DNA from: Candidatus Nanosynbacter sp. BB002
Lineage (GTDB): Bacteria > Patescibacteriota > Saccharimonadia > Saccharimonadales > Saccharimonadaceae
Direction: 5' to 3'
DNA length: 32,000 nucleotides
Assembly: GCF_037013405.1 (NCBI RefSeq)
Contig: NZ_CP146064.1
Span: 210,001 to 242,000 of the forward strand
Made by a program: the position numbers and the translations under genes. Below are positions 15,813 through 24,633 of the stretch, in pieces. The stretch's first letter is position 1. Each line of letters starts with the position of its first letter. Under the pieces are notes generated by a model that saw nothing but the letters and a program-made list of their open reading frames with translations, was not told the DNA's origin and did not search any database.

Positions 15813-17075
15813 ATGACGGATGCAAAACGATCGAATCCAAGCTTTCCAAAACGATTTTTATGGGGTGCGGCTATTTCGGCGCACCAGACGGAAGGAGGCT
15901 TGAACAATCAGTGGACCGCCTGGGAACTAGAAAATGCTAAAACGTTGGCCACGCAGGCGCCATACAGTTTTGGGCGGACTGCCATGTGGTCACATGTGGA
16001 AAAAGAGGCTACCAATCCTGACAATTATGTTTCAGGCACTGGAGTTGAGCATTATTCGCGGTATGAAGAAGACTTTCAGTTGTTGGAGCAAATGGGGCTT
16101 AATTCATTTCGGTTTGGGATCGAATGGGCTCGTGTGGAGCCAGAAGAGGGTGCTTGGGATGCGTCGGTGATTGATCATTATCGCACCTATTTGAAACGGT
16201 TGAAAGAATTGGAAATCACCCCTGTAGTAACGCTGTTTCATTTTACCTTGCCAGTTTGGTTTGCCGAGAAAGGTGGCTTTGAGAGGCGAAGTAATGTAGC
16301 TTATTTTGTGCGATTTGTGGAAAAAATTCTGGATGAATTGGGCCGTGATTTGGAGTGGATTATTAGTATCAATGAGCCGCTGGTGTATGTCGGGGAAAGT
16401 TATTTTCAGGGGGCATGGCCGCCAAATCAAACCAAAAAGCTGCTTGGTTTTAAGGTGTTACTAAATCTGATACGGGCGCACAAGAAGGTTTATCAGCTGG
16501 CGTGCAAAAATCGCCGCCACAAGGTGTCGATGGCGCATAATCTATCGTACATTTATGCTGGAGATGATGCGTGGGTATCGCGGTTGAGCGCTCGAGTAAC
16601 TGACTATCTAGTCAATCAGTGGATTGTGCGGCGAGTGCGCAAACACAGTAATTTTTTGGCGATCAATTATTACTTTGCGCAACGGTTTTTTGGGTATCGA
16701 GTGCATAATTCTGAGAAGAATCCAGAGAGCGACTTAGGCTGGGATATGCAGCCAGACAAATTGTATGAGTTGCTAGTCGAGACGTACAAAAAGCACCAAT
16801 TGCCAATTTTTATCACAGAGAATGGGTTGGCTGATGCGACAGATCAACACCGTAAATGGTGGCTGATGGAAACGATTCGAGCTATGGACAGGGCACTCAA
16901 AGAAGACGTCAAGATTATCGGCTATCTGCACTGGAGTCTACTAGATAACTTTGAGTGGGATAAGGGTTATTGGCCTAAGTTTGGCCTGGCAAAGGTTGAT
17001 AGAAAAACCATGGAGCGCACGCTGCGGGCAAGTGGTAAATGGTATGGTATGGTTGTGAAGCGATTGCGATCATAG
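15813..17075 (+). CDS. glycoside hydrolase family 1 (beta-glucosidase-like)
   Basis: N-terminal signature FLWGAAISAHQTEGG, acid/base INEP, nucleophile ITENG. The track ATG at 15804 lies inside the TATAAT at 15800-15805. The ATG at 15813 is 7 nt past it. Confidence 0.9.
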   Translation: MTDAKRSNPSFPKRFLWGAAISAHQTEGGLNNQWTAWELENAKTLATQAPYSFGRTAMWSHVEKEATNPDNYVSGTGVEHYSRYEEDFQLLEQMGLNSFRFGIEWARVEPEEGAWDASVIDHYRTYLKRLKELEITPVVTLFHFTLPVWFAEKGGFERRSNVAYFVRFVEKILDELGRDLEWIISINEPLVYVGESYFQGAWPPNQTKKLLGFKVLLNLIRAHKKVYQLACKNRRHKVSMAHNLSYIYAGDDAWVSRLSARVTDYLVNQWIVRRVRKHSNFLAINYYFAQRFFGYRVHNSEKNPESDLGWDMQPDKLYELLVETYKKHQLPIFITENGLADATDQHRKWWLMETIRAMDRALKEDVKIIGYLHWSLLDNFEWDKGYWPKFGLAKVDRKTMERTLRASGKWYGMVVKRLRS

Positions 17076-17103
17076 TGTTTAGCTAGCCACACAGTACACT
17101 AGA

Positions 17104-17136
17104 CTTTTCCACAATTTTGTGGAAAAGTTTTCGTTT
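17104..17136 (+). terminator. rho-independent terminator after the GH1 gene
   Basis: Perfect 11-nt inverted repeat CTTTTCCACAA / TTGTGGAAAAG (17104-17114 and 17117-27), followed by TTTTCGTTT. Confidence 0.6.
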
Positions 17137-17170
17137 GGGGATAAAATGGGTAAAAAGTACTAAAAAAGAC

Positions 17171-17214
17171 TTGCAAGTGGGTAGTTGTGGGTAGTATTAT
17201 GAAGTCAGTGGTAA
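17171..17214 (+). promoter_or_regulatory. dcw promoter with candidate MraZ operator repeats
   Basis: TTGCAA (17171-76), an 18-nt spacer, then TATTAT (17195-200). The spacer consists of two GTGGGTAG repeats at 17177 and 17187 (10-nt period). A third, GTGGTAA, lies at 17208. TGGGG/TGGGT also occur at 17136 and 17147. Confidence 0.5.
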
Positions 17215-17293
17215 CGGCAACGAGCCGTTGAACAATAACAAACAACCACTAACATTAAAAAATCAATCTAATTCCGTCAGGGAAGGAGCCTCA

Positions 17294-17668
17294 GTGCAAG
17301 TAGATTACTTTGAGCGAAAGCTGGACGACAAGCGTCGTTTGACGATGCCAGCTGAACTCAGAGAGGAATTTGCGTCTGGTGTGGTTCTGACCAGAGGGTT
17401 TGGCAAATATCTCCACCTATATCCACGGCGTGTCTGGGATAAAGAAGTCGAGAGCGCTTTGCAGGGCAGTATCCTGGATGAGCGAATTGCCGACCTGAAC
17501 GTTAAATTCCGACGGGGTAAAACAGCATCCACGCTTGACCAAAAACAAGGTCGGGTGACGGTAGAGCAGCATTTGCTGGACTATGCTGGCATTGATCGGG
17601 AAATTGTGGCGGTTCGCGCCGGAGCATATTTCCGAGTGATGGCAGCCGATGCAGTCGACGCGGATTGA
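17294..17668 (+). CDS. mraZ: transcriptional regulator MraZ
   Basis: FERKLDDKRRLTMPAELREEF and a second half-repeat LDQKQGRVTVEQHLLDYAGI (duplicated SpoVT/AbrB-type motif). GTG at 17294 lies 5 nt after GGAAGGAG (17281-88). The track TTG at 17228 adds 22 non-homologous residues. Confidence 0.85.
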   Translation: MQVDYFERKLDDKRRLTMPAELREEFASGVVLTRGFGKYLHLYPRRVWDKEVESALQGSILDERIADLNVKFRRGKTASTLDQKQGRVTVEQHLLDYAGIDREIVAVRAGAYFRVMAADAVDAD

Positions 17669-17701
17669 TGAATTGTACGCACATTAACAATTAGGAAACC
17701 T

Positions 17702-17920
17702 CTCGAGATCAACTACCTGGGTATTTGAGAAGAGCAATCGTGGCTATTTGCTCCACAATAAAAACGGCAATGCACCTTCCTTAAAACACCTCCCAAAAAA
17801 ACTCCACCTCACACATAAGTCTCTTTTGGAAAACACGCTTTTCCTCTCTTAAAGACATAAAAAACAAACACAAAACAAACACAAAAGCTCAAATTAAATA
17901 TCCAGATAGGTGATCTCGAG
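17702..17920. repeat. G-depleted CA-rich spacer bounded by a 15/17 inverted repeat (17702-17718 / 17904-17920), containing a tandem 11-mer CAAACACAAAA x2 (17865-17886)
   Basis: Read directly. CTCGAGATCAACTACCT compared with the reverse complement of AGATAGGTGATCTCGAG. There are 9 G in the 150 nt from 17751 to 17900. Confidence 0.5.
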
Positions 17921-17931
17921 CATTATTCCGT

Positions 17932-17937
17932 TATAAT
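17932..17937 (+). promoter_or_regulatory. -10 box TATAAT, 6 nt upstream of the rsmH ATG
   Basis: Read directly: gttATAATggagtaATG. Confidence 0.5.
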
Positions 17938-17943
17938 GGAGTA

Positions 17944-18861
17944 ATGATGAGTATTAAAGAACATCCACCACAGCCGGGTTTGTCGAACGACGCTCCGGTT
18001 CATGTTCCTGTACTCTTAGAGGAGACCGTGCGTGCGCTCGCCCCTCGTCGGGGTGAAGCGTACCTTGATTTGACTGCTGGGTATGGCGGTCATGCGCGGG
18101 AGATTCTCAAGAGGACAAATAACTATTTGAACGCTGTATTGGTTGATCGTGATAGTAACGCGATTCAAACATTAGGCGATTTGACAGAACAAGGTGTCGA
18201 ATTGATGCATCAAGATTTTGCGTCAGCGGCACGTGATTTGGTCAAGCTTGGGCGAAAATTTGACGTGATTTTGGCTGATTTGGGGGTGTCGTCACCGCAG
18301 CTTGACAGAGCAGAGAGGGGTTTTTCATTTCGTTTTGACGGTCCATTGGATATGAGAATGGACGACACAACGGAGATGACGGCGGCTGATATCATCAATC
18401 ATGCTTCAGTGGATGAGTTGGTTCGGCTGATAACCCTGTACGGCGAGGAGACTCGTTCGCGCGCTATGCATATTGCGAAGGCAATTGTAGCGCATCGTCC
18501 GATGACGCGAACGTCTGAGCTAGCTGAGCTGATTGAGCGAACCGTTGGTCGCGGTGGCCTAAAAAGACATCCAGCGACTCGCACTTTTCAAGCCCTCAGA
18601 ATTGAAGTTAACCAAGAACTTCAGCAGGTGAGAGATGTATTGCCATTATTGCCTCAGCTGCTCAATCCAGGCGGTCGTGTCGGTATCATTAGCTTTCACA
18701 GCCTGGAAGATCGATTGGTTAAACATTTTTTCAAGGAACAATCAGAAGCGGGGTATGAGGCCGAGCTGATGATTCCTGATAAAAAAGTAATTCTAGGGAC
18801 TGCAGATGTTCACAATCCGCGCAGTCGAAGTGCCAAGCTTCGCTGGGCCGTAAAAACATAA
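17944..18861 (+). CDS. rsmH: 16S rRNA (cytosine1402-N4)-methyltransferase RsmH
   Basis: HVPVLLEE, YLDLTAGYGGHA, LADLGVSSPQLD, RGFSFRFDGPLDMRM, ISFHSLEDR. Confidence 0.95.
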   Translation: MMSIKEHPPQPGLSNDAPVHVPVLLEETVRALAPRRGEAYLDLTAGYGGHAREILKRTNNYLNAVLVDRDSNAIQTLGDLTEQGVELMHQDFASAARDLVKLGRKFDVILADLGVSSPQLDRAERGFSFRFDGPLDMRMDDTTEMTAADIINHASVDELVRLITLYGEETRSRAMHIAKAIVAHRPMTRTSELAELIERTVGRGGLKRHPATRTFQALRIEVNQELQQVRDVLPLLPQLLNPGGRVGIISFHSLEDRLVKHFFKEQSEAGYEAELMIPDKKVILGTADVHNPRSRSAKLRWAVKT

Positions 18862-18879
18862 CACAAAAAGGAGGCAATT

Positions 18880-18951
18880 ATGCCAGTACACATCAAAGTT
18901 CAGTTCCAAGACGCAGACCGCTCCGAGAGCGTTGCTGTTCGCCGCGGCTAA
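18880..18951 (+). CDS. candidate 23-codon small ORF (MPVHIKVQFQDADRSESVAVRRG) behind a consensus SD
   Basis: AAGGAGG at 18868-18874, a 5-nt spacer, ATG at 18880, TAA at 18949-51. Below the ORF-track cutoff. No homology assessed. Confidence 0.3.
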   Translation: MPVHIKVQFQDADRSESVAVRRG

Positions 18952-19098
18952 TCAGTCGTTCGTAGAATAGCTGACGCACTATCCGGACAGTGTATCAGTC
19001 GATGATCTGGTCCGTCCTTAGGTTTTGAGACGGGCCAGGTTATCTTGGAATGTCACGATTTTAGAGAAATTATATACCAACATAACATAGAAAACAGA

Positions 19099-19443
19099 AT
19101 GTACGCACGATCCACCACTTTCACACCTCGACGGCAGCAACAGATGCGCCGCAATCAAAATGCAACTCGTTTTCGGTCTAATGTCAAACTCGGCCCAGTG
19201 GCTCATACAGTACTGGTCGCGCTGATGGTTGCTGTGCTTGGCTTGATTTACTTGACGCAGGCGACTAAAACGTCCGCGTACAGTAGAGAGTCTCAGGGCT
19301 TGGACAAACAGATTAGTGAACTCCATGCTAAAAAGTCTGAACTTGAAGTACAAAATGCTCGATTGACCGCTCTTGATAAAGTGAAAAATAGCAACGTGGC
19401 ATCAGCCATGAGCAAGCCGTCACAAACTGATTACGCTAATTAG
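19099..19443 (+). CDS. FtsL-like cell division protein (bitopic, coiled coil)
   Basis: Basic N-terminus, one TM helix (VAHTVLVALMVAVLGLIYL), then a heptad-like segment LDKQISELHAKKSELEVQNARLTAL. It sits between rsmH and ftsI. The ATG at 19099 is preferred over the TTG at 19045. Confidence 0.55.
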   Translation: MYARSTTFTPRRQQQMRRNQNATRFRSNVKLGPVAHTVLVALMVAVLGLIYLTQATKTSAYSRESQGLDKQISELHAKKSELEVQNARLTALDKVKNSNVASAMSKPSQTDYAN

Positions 19444-19450
19444 ATAAAAG

Positions 19451-19459
19451 TGGTATAAT
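19451..19459 (+). promoter_or_regulatory. extended -10 promoter (TGgTATAAT), 12 nt upstream of the ftsI ATG
   Basis: Read directly. Confidence 0.5.
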
Positions 19460-19471
19460 TTAAGAAGCACT

Positions 19472-21217
19472 ATGAAGGGGCGACTTGCGCAATCACGAAC
19501 GAGTCTACTCGCCATTATTCTGCTGGGGATAATGGCAGTTTTTGTGTTGAGATTATTTCACTTACAGGTGCTGCAGCACGGTAAGTATGTCGAGCTGGCA
19601 GCGCGCAATCAGCAGCGCACGTTGGTGATTCCGGCCACGCGAGGTGAAATTTACATGATGGACGGCAAGACGCCGGCTCCGGTGGTGCTGAACCGTATGA
19701 TATTTAATGTGGTGGCTGATCCACAAACCGTTTCTGACAGTCAGCGTCATGAGATCATCCAAGCGCTGCGTCAGATAGCTGGCGATAAGCTCATGGAGAA
19801 TGCTGAGGGGCGACTTGCTAATAAAAAGTCACGCTATGAAGTTTTGGCGCGCGGTTTGACGTTAGATCAGGCTGAGCAGATGAAGAAGAAGGATTTTTCA
19901 GGCGTATTGTATCAGCTCAACTCGGTTCGGAATTATCCAGAAGGGGCTTTAGGCGCGCAGGTACTGGGCTTTGTAAATGCGAATGGTGAAGGTCAGTATG
20001 GCGTAGAGGGCGCGTTGGACAAGCGACTCAAAGGTAGTGATGGGCTGCTACGAGCAGTGACAGATGTGCGAAATGTGCCGCTGATGATAGGTAAGAATGA
20101 TGTAAATATTGAGGCGAAGGCGGGCGAAGATTTAGTGTTGTCAATTGATCGCAACGTTCAGAGTTATGCCGAAGAAGCCCTCAAACGTGGCCTGCAAAAG
20201 GCAGGTGGTACCGAGGGTAGTGTAGTGGTGATGAATCCAAACAATGGCCGAGTGCTGGCCATGGCGAATTACCCGACGTTCAATCCTGCCGAGTATAACA
20301 AGGTTCAAAATGCTGCTGCGTTCATCAACGCCGCGACCATGACGCCGCAAGAACCGGGGTCAATCATGAAATCATTTACCATGGCGATGGGAATTGACAA
20401 AGGCGCGATCACTCCAAACACGACCTACCAAAACACTGATTGTACCCAAGTCGGTGACCGTAAAATTTGTAATGCAGTGCGCGGTTTGACTGGTACGACC
20501 ACCATGCAGCAAGCGCTAAACAACTCTCACAATGTTGGTACAGTGACAGTTGGGCGAAAATTAGGCGACGGCTCGTATATCAATAACGCTGCACGACAGA
20601 CGATTTATCAATATTTCCATGATAAATATGGTTTTGGTGAGAAAACAGGAATTGAGCTTGCAGAGGCGCAAGGGTTGATCACTAGTCCGACTGAACAAGA
20701 GGGAAATGAAGTTCGGTACGCAAACATGACGTTCGGTCAGGGAATAAATTTGACACCAATTCAAGTTACCTCGGCGTTTTGCTCAATCATCAACGGAGGA
20801 GTGTACTACCGTCCAACGGTTGTCGCTGGGGTGAAAAAGGGCGATGCTGTCGAGTGGTCAAAACCACAGCCGCTACGCCACACAGTAAGCGCGGAGACGT
20901 CTACTCAGATGCGCACGATGCTAGATACGGCGCGTCATTCGTTCTATGTCGGCAAAGATGACAAGCCGGGCTATCTGATCGGTGGTAAAACGGGTACGGT
21001 GGAGTTGTTGGTGAATGGTGCATATAGCATGAAAGAAACGGCTGGTACCTATGTTGGTTTTGGTGGCACAGATAAGCCAGAATATGTCATAATGATAAGG
21101 GTATCGGCACCAAATAAACATGTTGCGCTGGAAGGTAGTGTGCATGCGTCGCCAATTTTTACTGATATTTCGAACTGGATGATTGAGTATTTGAAATTAT
21201 CACCGAGGAGATCCTAA
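19472..21217 (+). CDS. ftsI: penicillin-binding protein (class B transpeptidase, FtsI/PBP2-like)
   Basis: N-terminal TM anchor, SxxK (GSIMKSF), SxN (NNSHNVG), KTGT (GGKTGTV). Confidence 0.9.
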   Translation: MKGRLAQSRTSLLAIILLGIMAVFVLRLFHLQVLQHGKYVELAARNQQRTLVIPATRGEIYMMDGKTPAPVVLNRMIFNVVADPQTVSDSQRHEIIQALRQIAGDKLMENAEGRLANKKSRYEVLARGLTLDQAEQMKKKDFSGVLYQLNSVRNYPEGALGAQVLGFVNANGEGQYGVEGALDKRLKGSDGLLRAVTDVRNVPLMIGKNDVNIEAKAGEDLVLSIDRNVQSYAEEALKRGLQKAGGTEGSVVVMNPNNGRVLAMANYPTFNPAEYNKVQNAAAFINAATMTPQEPGSIMKSFTMAMGIDKGAITPNTTYQNTDCTQVGDRKICNAVRGLTGTTTMQQALNNSHNVGTVTVGRKLGDGSYINNAARQTIYQYFHDKYGFGEKTGIELAEAQGLITSPTEQEGNEVRYANMTFGQGINLTPIQVTSAFCSIINGGVYYRPTVVAGVKKGDAVEWSKPQPLRHTVSAETSTQMRTMLDTARHSFYVGKDDKPGYLIGGKTGTVELLVNGAYSMKETAGTYVGFGGTDKPEYVIMIRVSAPNKHVALEGSVHASPIFTDISNWMIEYLKLSPRRS

Positions 21218-22255
21218 ATGAAAAGCTATATACAAACGGTAACAAACGAAATGACATATATATTCGTGTTGAGTCTAGCAGCGTTCCTACTGGCAATGTT
21301 TTTGACGCCAATTTATACGTTCTTTGCTTATAGATATCAGTTCTGGAAACGGCAACGCACTTCTGCGGTGACTGGCGAGAAGTTGCAGGTGTTTGATAAA
21401 CTTCACGAGGAGAAATTGCGTCGCCATATCCCTACGATGGCTGGCATTATTGGTGTAGTTTCCATCGTCTTGATCACGCTGTTATTTAACCTGGACCGCC
21501 GGCAAACATGGTTGCCGTTGGCAGCTTTTGTTGGTGGCGCGGCTGTGGGATTGATCGATGATTATTTGAACATCTTTGGTAGTAATAAAAAAGACGCTGG
21601 CATGCGGGCGCCAGTTAAGTTTGCGCTGATTACGCTGATTGGTTTGGTGCTTGGATGGTTCTTCTTTGCTAAATTGGGCGTTAGTAGTTTTCACGTACCG
21701 TTTTATGGCGATCTATCAGTTGGTTGGCTGATCATACCTCTGTTCGCGTTTGCGGTCGTCGCTACGGGTAATGCGGTTAATATTTCAGATGGCCTGGATG
21801 GCCTGGCGGGCGGACTGCTGGCTATCAGTTTTGTGATGTTTGGCGTGATTGCGCTACTGCAGGGAAACTTCTTGCTGGCTGGCTTTTGTTTTACGGTCGT
21901 TGGCGCGCTACTCAGCTATCTGTGGTTTAATATCTATCCAGCGAGGTTCTTTATGGGCGATGTAGGTGCTTTTGCCTATGGAGCAAGCTTGGGCGTGGTG
22001 GCGATGCTGACAAACTCATTACTATTACTCCCGATCATCGGTTTGTTATTTGTGGTCGAAGCAGGTTCTAGCGCGTTACAAATTGCCAGCAAGCGACTGT
22101 TTGGCCGAAAAATTTTCAAATCTGCACCAATTCACCATCATCTGGAGGCTAGTGGCTGGCCGGAGACCAAGATTACCATGCGTTTTTGGGTGATTGGATG
22201 TGTGATGGCGTTCATCGGTTTCCTCGTGGCTTTGGCAGGAGGGCATATTGCGTAA
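21218..22255 (+). CDS. mraY: phospho-N-acetylmuramoyl-pentapeptide transferase MraY
   Basis: NAVNISDGLDGLAGG, FMGDVGAFAYG, SAPIHHHLE. The ATG abuts the ftsI stop; GAGGAG SD. Confidence 0.95.
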   Translation: MKSYIQTVTNEMTYIFVLSLAAFLLAMFLTPIYTFFAYRYQFWKRQRTSAVTGEKLQVFDKLHEEKLRRHIPTMAGIIGVVSIVLITLLFNLDRRQTWLPLAAFVGGAAVGLIDDYLNIFGSNKKDAGMRAPVKFALITLIGLVLGWFFFAKLGVSSFHVPFYGDLSVGWLIIPLFAFAVVATGNAVNISDGLDGLAGGLLAISFVMFGVIALLQGNFLLAGFCFTVVGALLSYLWFNIYPARFFMGDVGAFAYGASLGVVAMLTNSLLLLPIIGLLFVVEAGSSALQIASKRLFGRKIFKSAPIHHHLEASGWPETKITMRFWVIGCVMAFIGFLVALAGGHIA

Positions 22256-22259
22256 TACT

Positions 22260-23534
22260 ATGCCTAGTGTGCCAGCCGGGACGATTCGTAAGCATCGGCC
22301 GGTCTATCAGGTGGCGTTATATGTCAGCCTATTGTTGCTATTGGGTTTGGTGGTGATGTATGCTTTGGGGCCGCAACGAGCCAATGTCATGAATTTTGCA
22401 TACGGCACGAACTATAGCGATATGTTCTTCTTTAACAAGCAGCTTATTTCTGTTGTGATTTCCTTTGCAGCGTTTGCTGCATGTGCTATTATTCCATATA
22501 AAATTTTCACTGAAAAATACGCAAATTGGCTATTTGTCGGTGGCTTGTTTTTCTGCTTTTTGCTGGTGGCGTTGGGTATGCTGGGCGTTTCGTTTGCGCA
22601 GGAAACCAATGGTGCGTATCGCTGGTTTTACCTCGGCGGGCTGGGAAGTTTTCAGCCGGCTGAATTGTTAAAATTTGGTATCTTAGTGTTTATCGCTGGA
22701 TTTTTGGGTAAACGTATGCGACAAGGCAAAATCAACGACGTGGAGGAAACGCTCATCCCGCTCGGTATTGCAGCAGCGATAGCCATGTTCATCGTGGTAG
22801 TGCTACAAAAGGACCTGGGAACTGGATTGGCGTTGGTCGCCATCGTTTTGTCTATGTTGGTGGTCTCAGGTATGCGGTCAGATATTCTCTGGAAAATAGT
22901 GGGCGTTCTGTTGGCGGCGGGCGTCATGCTCATCCTCATCGCGCCGCACCGCTTGGAGCGCGTCATGACGTTCTTTCAGGGTGATCACTCGAACACATCG
23001 TCTATGGATAGCAGCAGCAACACTTATCACGTGCAGCAGGCACGCATCGCCATCGGTTCGGGTGGTATCTTAGGACTGGGTATCGGGAAGAGCGTGCAGG
23101 TGTCGGGCTACCTGCCCGAGGCTATCAACGACTCGATCTTTGCCATCATGGGTGAGACATTTGGTTTTGTTGGACTGCTGATCATTTTGGGGCTATTTAC
23201 CGCCTTGCTGCTTGGTATTTTGCACATTGCTGCGCGACTGCCTGACCCTAGACTTCGATTAGTGGCAGCTGGTGTGTTTGGTTGGGTTGCTTCTCACGTG
23301 ATATTGAATGTGGCAGCTATGACGGGGGTGGCACCATTGACTGGTATCCCATTGCCACTATTGAGTTATGGTGGAACCAGCATGCTGTTCATCGCTGCGG
23401 CCCTTGGATTAGTTTTTCAGCTGTCTTGCTACACATCGCACAAGCCATTAACAGAAGGGAAGGATAGCCATGCGGATCTTAGCGGTCGGCGGCGGTTCGG
23501 GCGGACACGTTACGCCCGTGGTCGCCGTGTTTAA
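22260..23534 (+). CDS. ftsW: SEDS family peptidoglycan polymerase FtsW/RodA
   Basis: RWFYLGGLGSFQPAELLKF, EAINDSIFAIMGETFGFVG, GIPLPLLSYGGTSML. The ATG at 22260 follows a GGAGGG SD. The 3-prime end overlaps murG by 65 nt. Confidence 0.9.
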   Translation: MPSVPAGTIRKHRPVYQVALYVSLLLLLGLVVMYALGPQRANVMNFAYGTNYSDMFFFNKQLISVVISFAAFAACAIIPYKIFTEKYANWLFVGGLFFCFLLVALGMLGVSFAQETNGAYRWFYLGGLGSFQPAELLKFGILVFIAGFLGKRMRQGKINDVEETLIPLGIAAAIAMFIVVVLQKDLGTGLALVAIVLSMLVVSGMRSDILWKIVGVLLAAGVMLILIAPHRLERVMTFFQGDHSNTSSMDSSSNTYHVQQARIAIGSGGILGLGIGKSVQVSGYLPEAINDSIFAIMGETFGFVGLLIILGLFTALLLGILHIAARLPDPRLRLVAAGVFGWVASHVILNVAAMTGVAPLTGIPLPLLSYGGTSMLFIAAALGLVFQLSCYTSHKPLTEGKDSHADLSGRRRFGRTRYARGRRV

Positions 23535-24633
23535 GGAGTTAAAGAATAGGGGAGAGCACGAGCTACGATTTTGGTGCGACCGCAAGTTTGGGCCAACGGC
23601 AAAGAAAGTGGTTGCAGAATCCGACTATGATATTCCGGTTTCGTTCATCACCGCCGGTAAATTGCGTCGCTATCACGGTGAGAGCAAATTGCAGCATTTA
23701 GCACCCTCAATCCTATTTCCTAACTTATACGACTTGTGCAAGGTTATCATTGGTTTTGTGCAGAGCTTTTGCAAGCTGCTAATGTGGCGCCCTGACGTCA
23801 TCTTCATCAAAGGTGGTTATGTTTGTCTGCCAGTTGGCTATGCTGCGCGATTACTGAGAATTCCATTGGTGCTGCATGACTCTGACGCTCATCCAGGGTT
23901 GACTAACAGGCTGCTGTCGCCATTTGCTAAGCGCATTGGTACGGGCGCACCGCTCGAGTATTATCGCTATTCTCCTCAGATAGCAACATATGTTGGGGTA
24001 CCAATTTCAGATAAGTTCCGGCCGTATACTGACGTGGAAAAGCGAGACATCAAGGCACAGTTAGGGTTTGACCCGTCACGGCCGCTAGTGGTTGTCACTG
24101 GTGGCGGGCTGGGTGCTGTGCGCATCAACAACGCTGTGGCGAAGAATCGTGATAGGCTTCTGGAGGCCGCCTCGGTATTTTTGATATCTGGACAACATCA
24201 ATACAACGAGCTGAGCAAAACTTTGGACCGTCGTGATGGTTGGCGCTTGGAATCGTTTTTGCATGGACCACAAATGGCACAGGCGTTAGCGGCTGCAGAT
24301 GTGGTCGTCGCGCGAGCTGGGGCAACAACGCTATTAGAGTTGGCGGCGCTGGGTATGCCAACAGTCATCATCCCAAATGGCAGGCTGACAGCCGGCCACC
24401 AGCTGAAAAACGCTAAGGTCTATCAAGACGCCCTGGCTGCGGTGATTGTGAACGAAGATCAACTAGATAAGAACCCTGATCTACTAGGCGATACACTAAT
24501 CAAACTACTCAGATCCCCGAAGATTCGTCATGATTTGGGTAGTAATTTCCTCAAATTTGCTAAACCGCATGCTGCTGGTGATATGGCTGAAATGATCCTG
24601 GAAGCTGCTGGTAAACAGGGGAGGCGACAGTAG
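23470..24633 (+). CDS. murG: undecaprenyldiphospho-muramoylpentapeptide beta-N-acetylglucosaminyltransferase MurG
   Basis: ILAVGGGSGGHVTPVVAV N-terminal G-loop; C-terminal ARAGATTLLELAALGMPTVIIP...HQLKNA. Confidence 0.9.
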   Translation: MRILAVGGGSGGHVTPVVAVFKELKNRGEHELRFWCDRKFGPTAKKVVAESDYDIPVSFITAGKLRRYHGESKLQHLAPSILFPNLYDLCKVIIGFVQSFCKLLMWRPDVIFIKGGYVCLPVGYAARLLRIPLVLHDSDAHPGLTNRLLSPFAKRIGTGAPLEYYRYSPQIATYVGVPISDKFRPYTDVEKRDIKAQLGFDPSRPLVVVTGGGLGAVRINNAVAKNRDRLLEAASVFLISGQHQYNELSKTLDRRDGWRLESFLHGPQMAQALAAADVVVARAGATTLLELAALGMPTVIIPNGRLTAGHQLKNAKVYQDALAAVIVNEDQLDKNPDLLGDTLIKLLRSPKIRHDLGSNFLKFAKPHAAGDMAEMILEAAGKQGRRQ

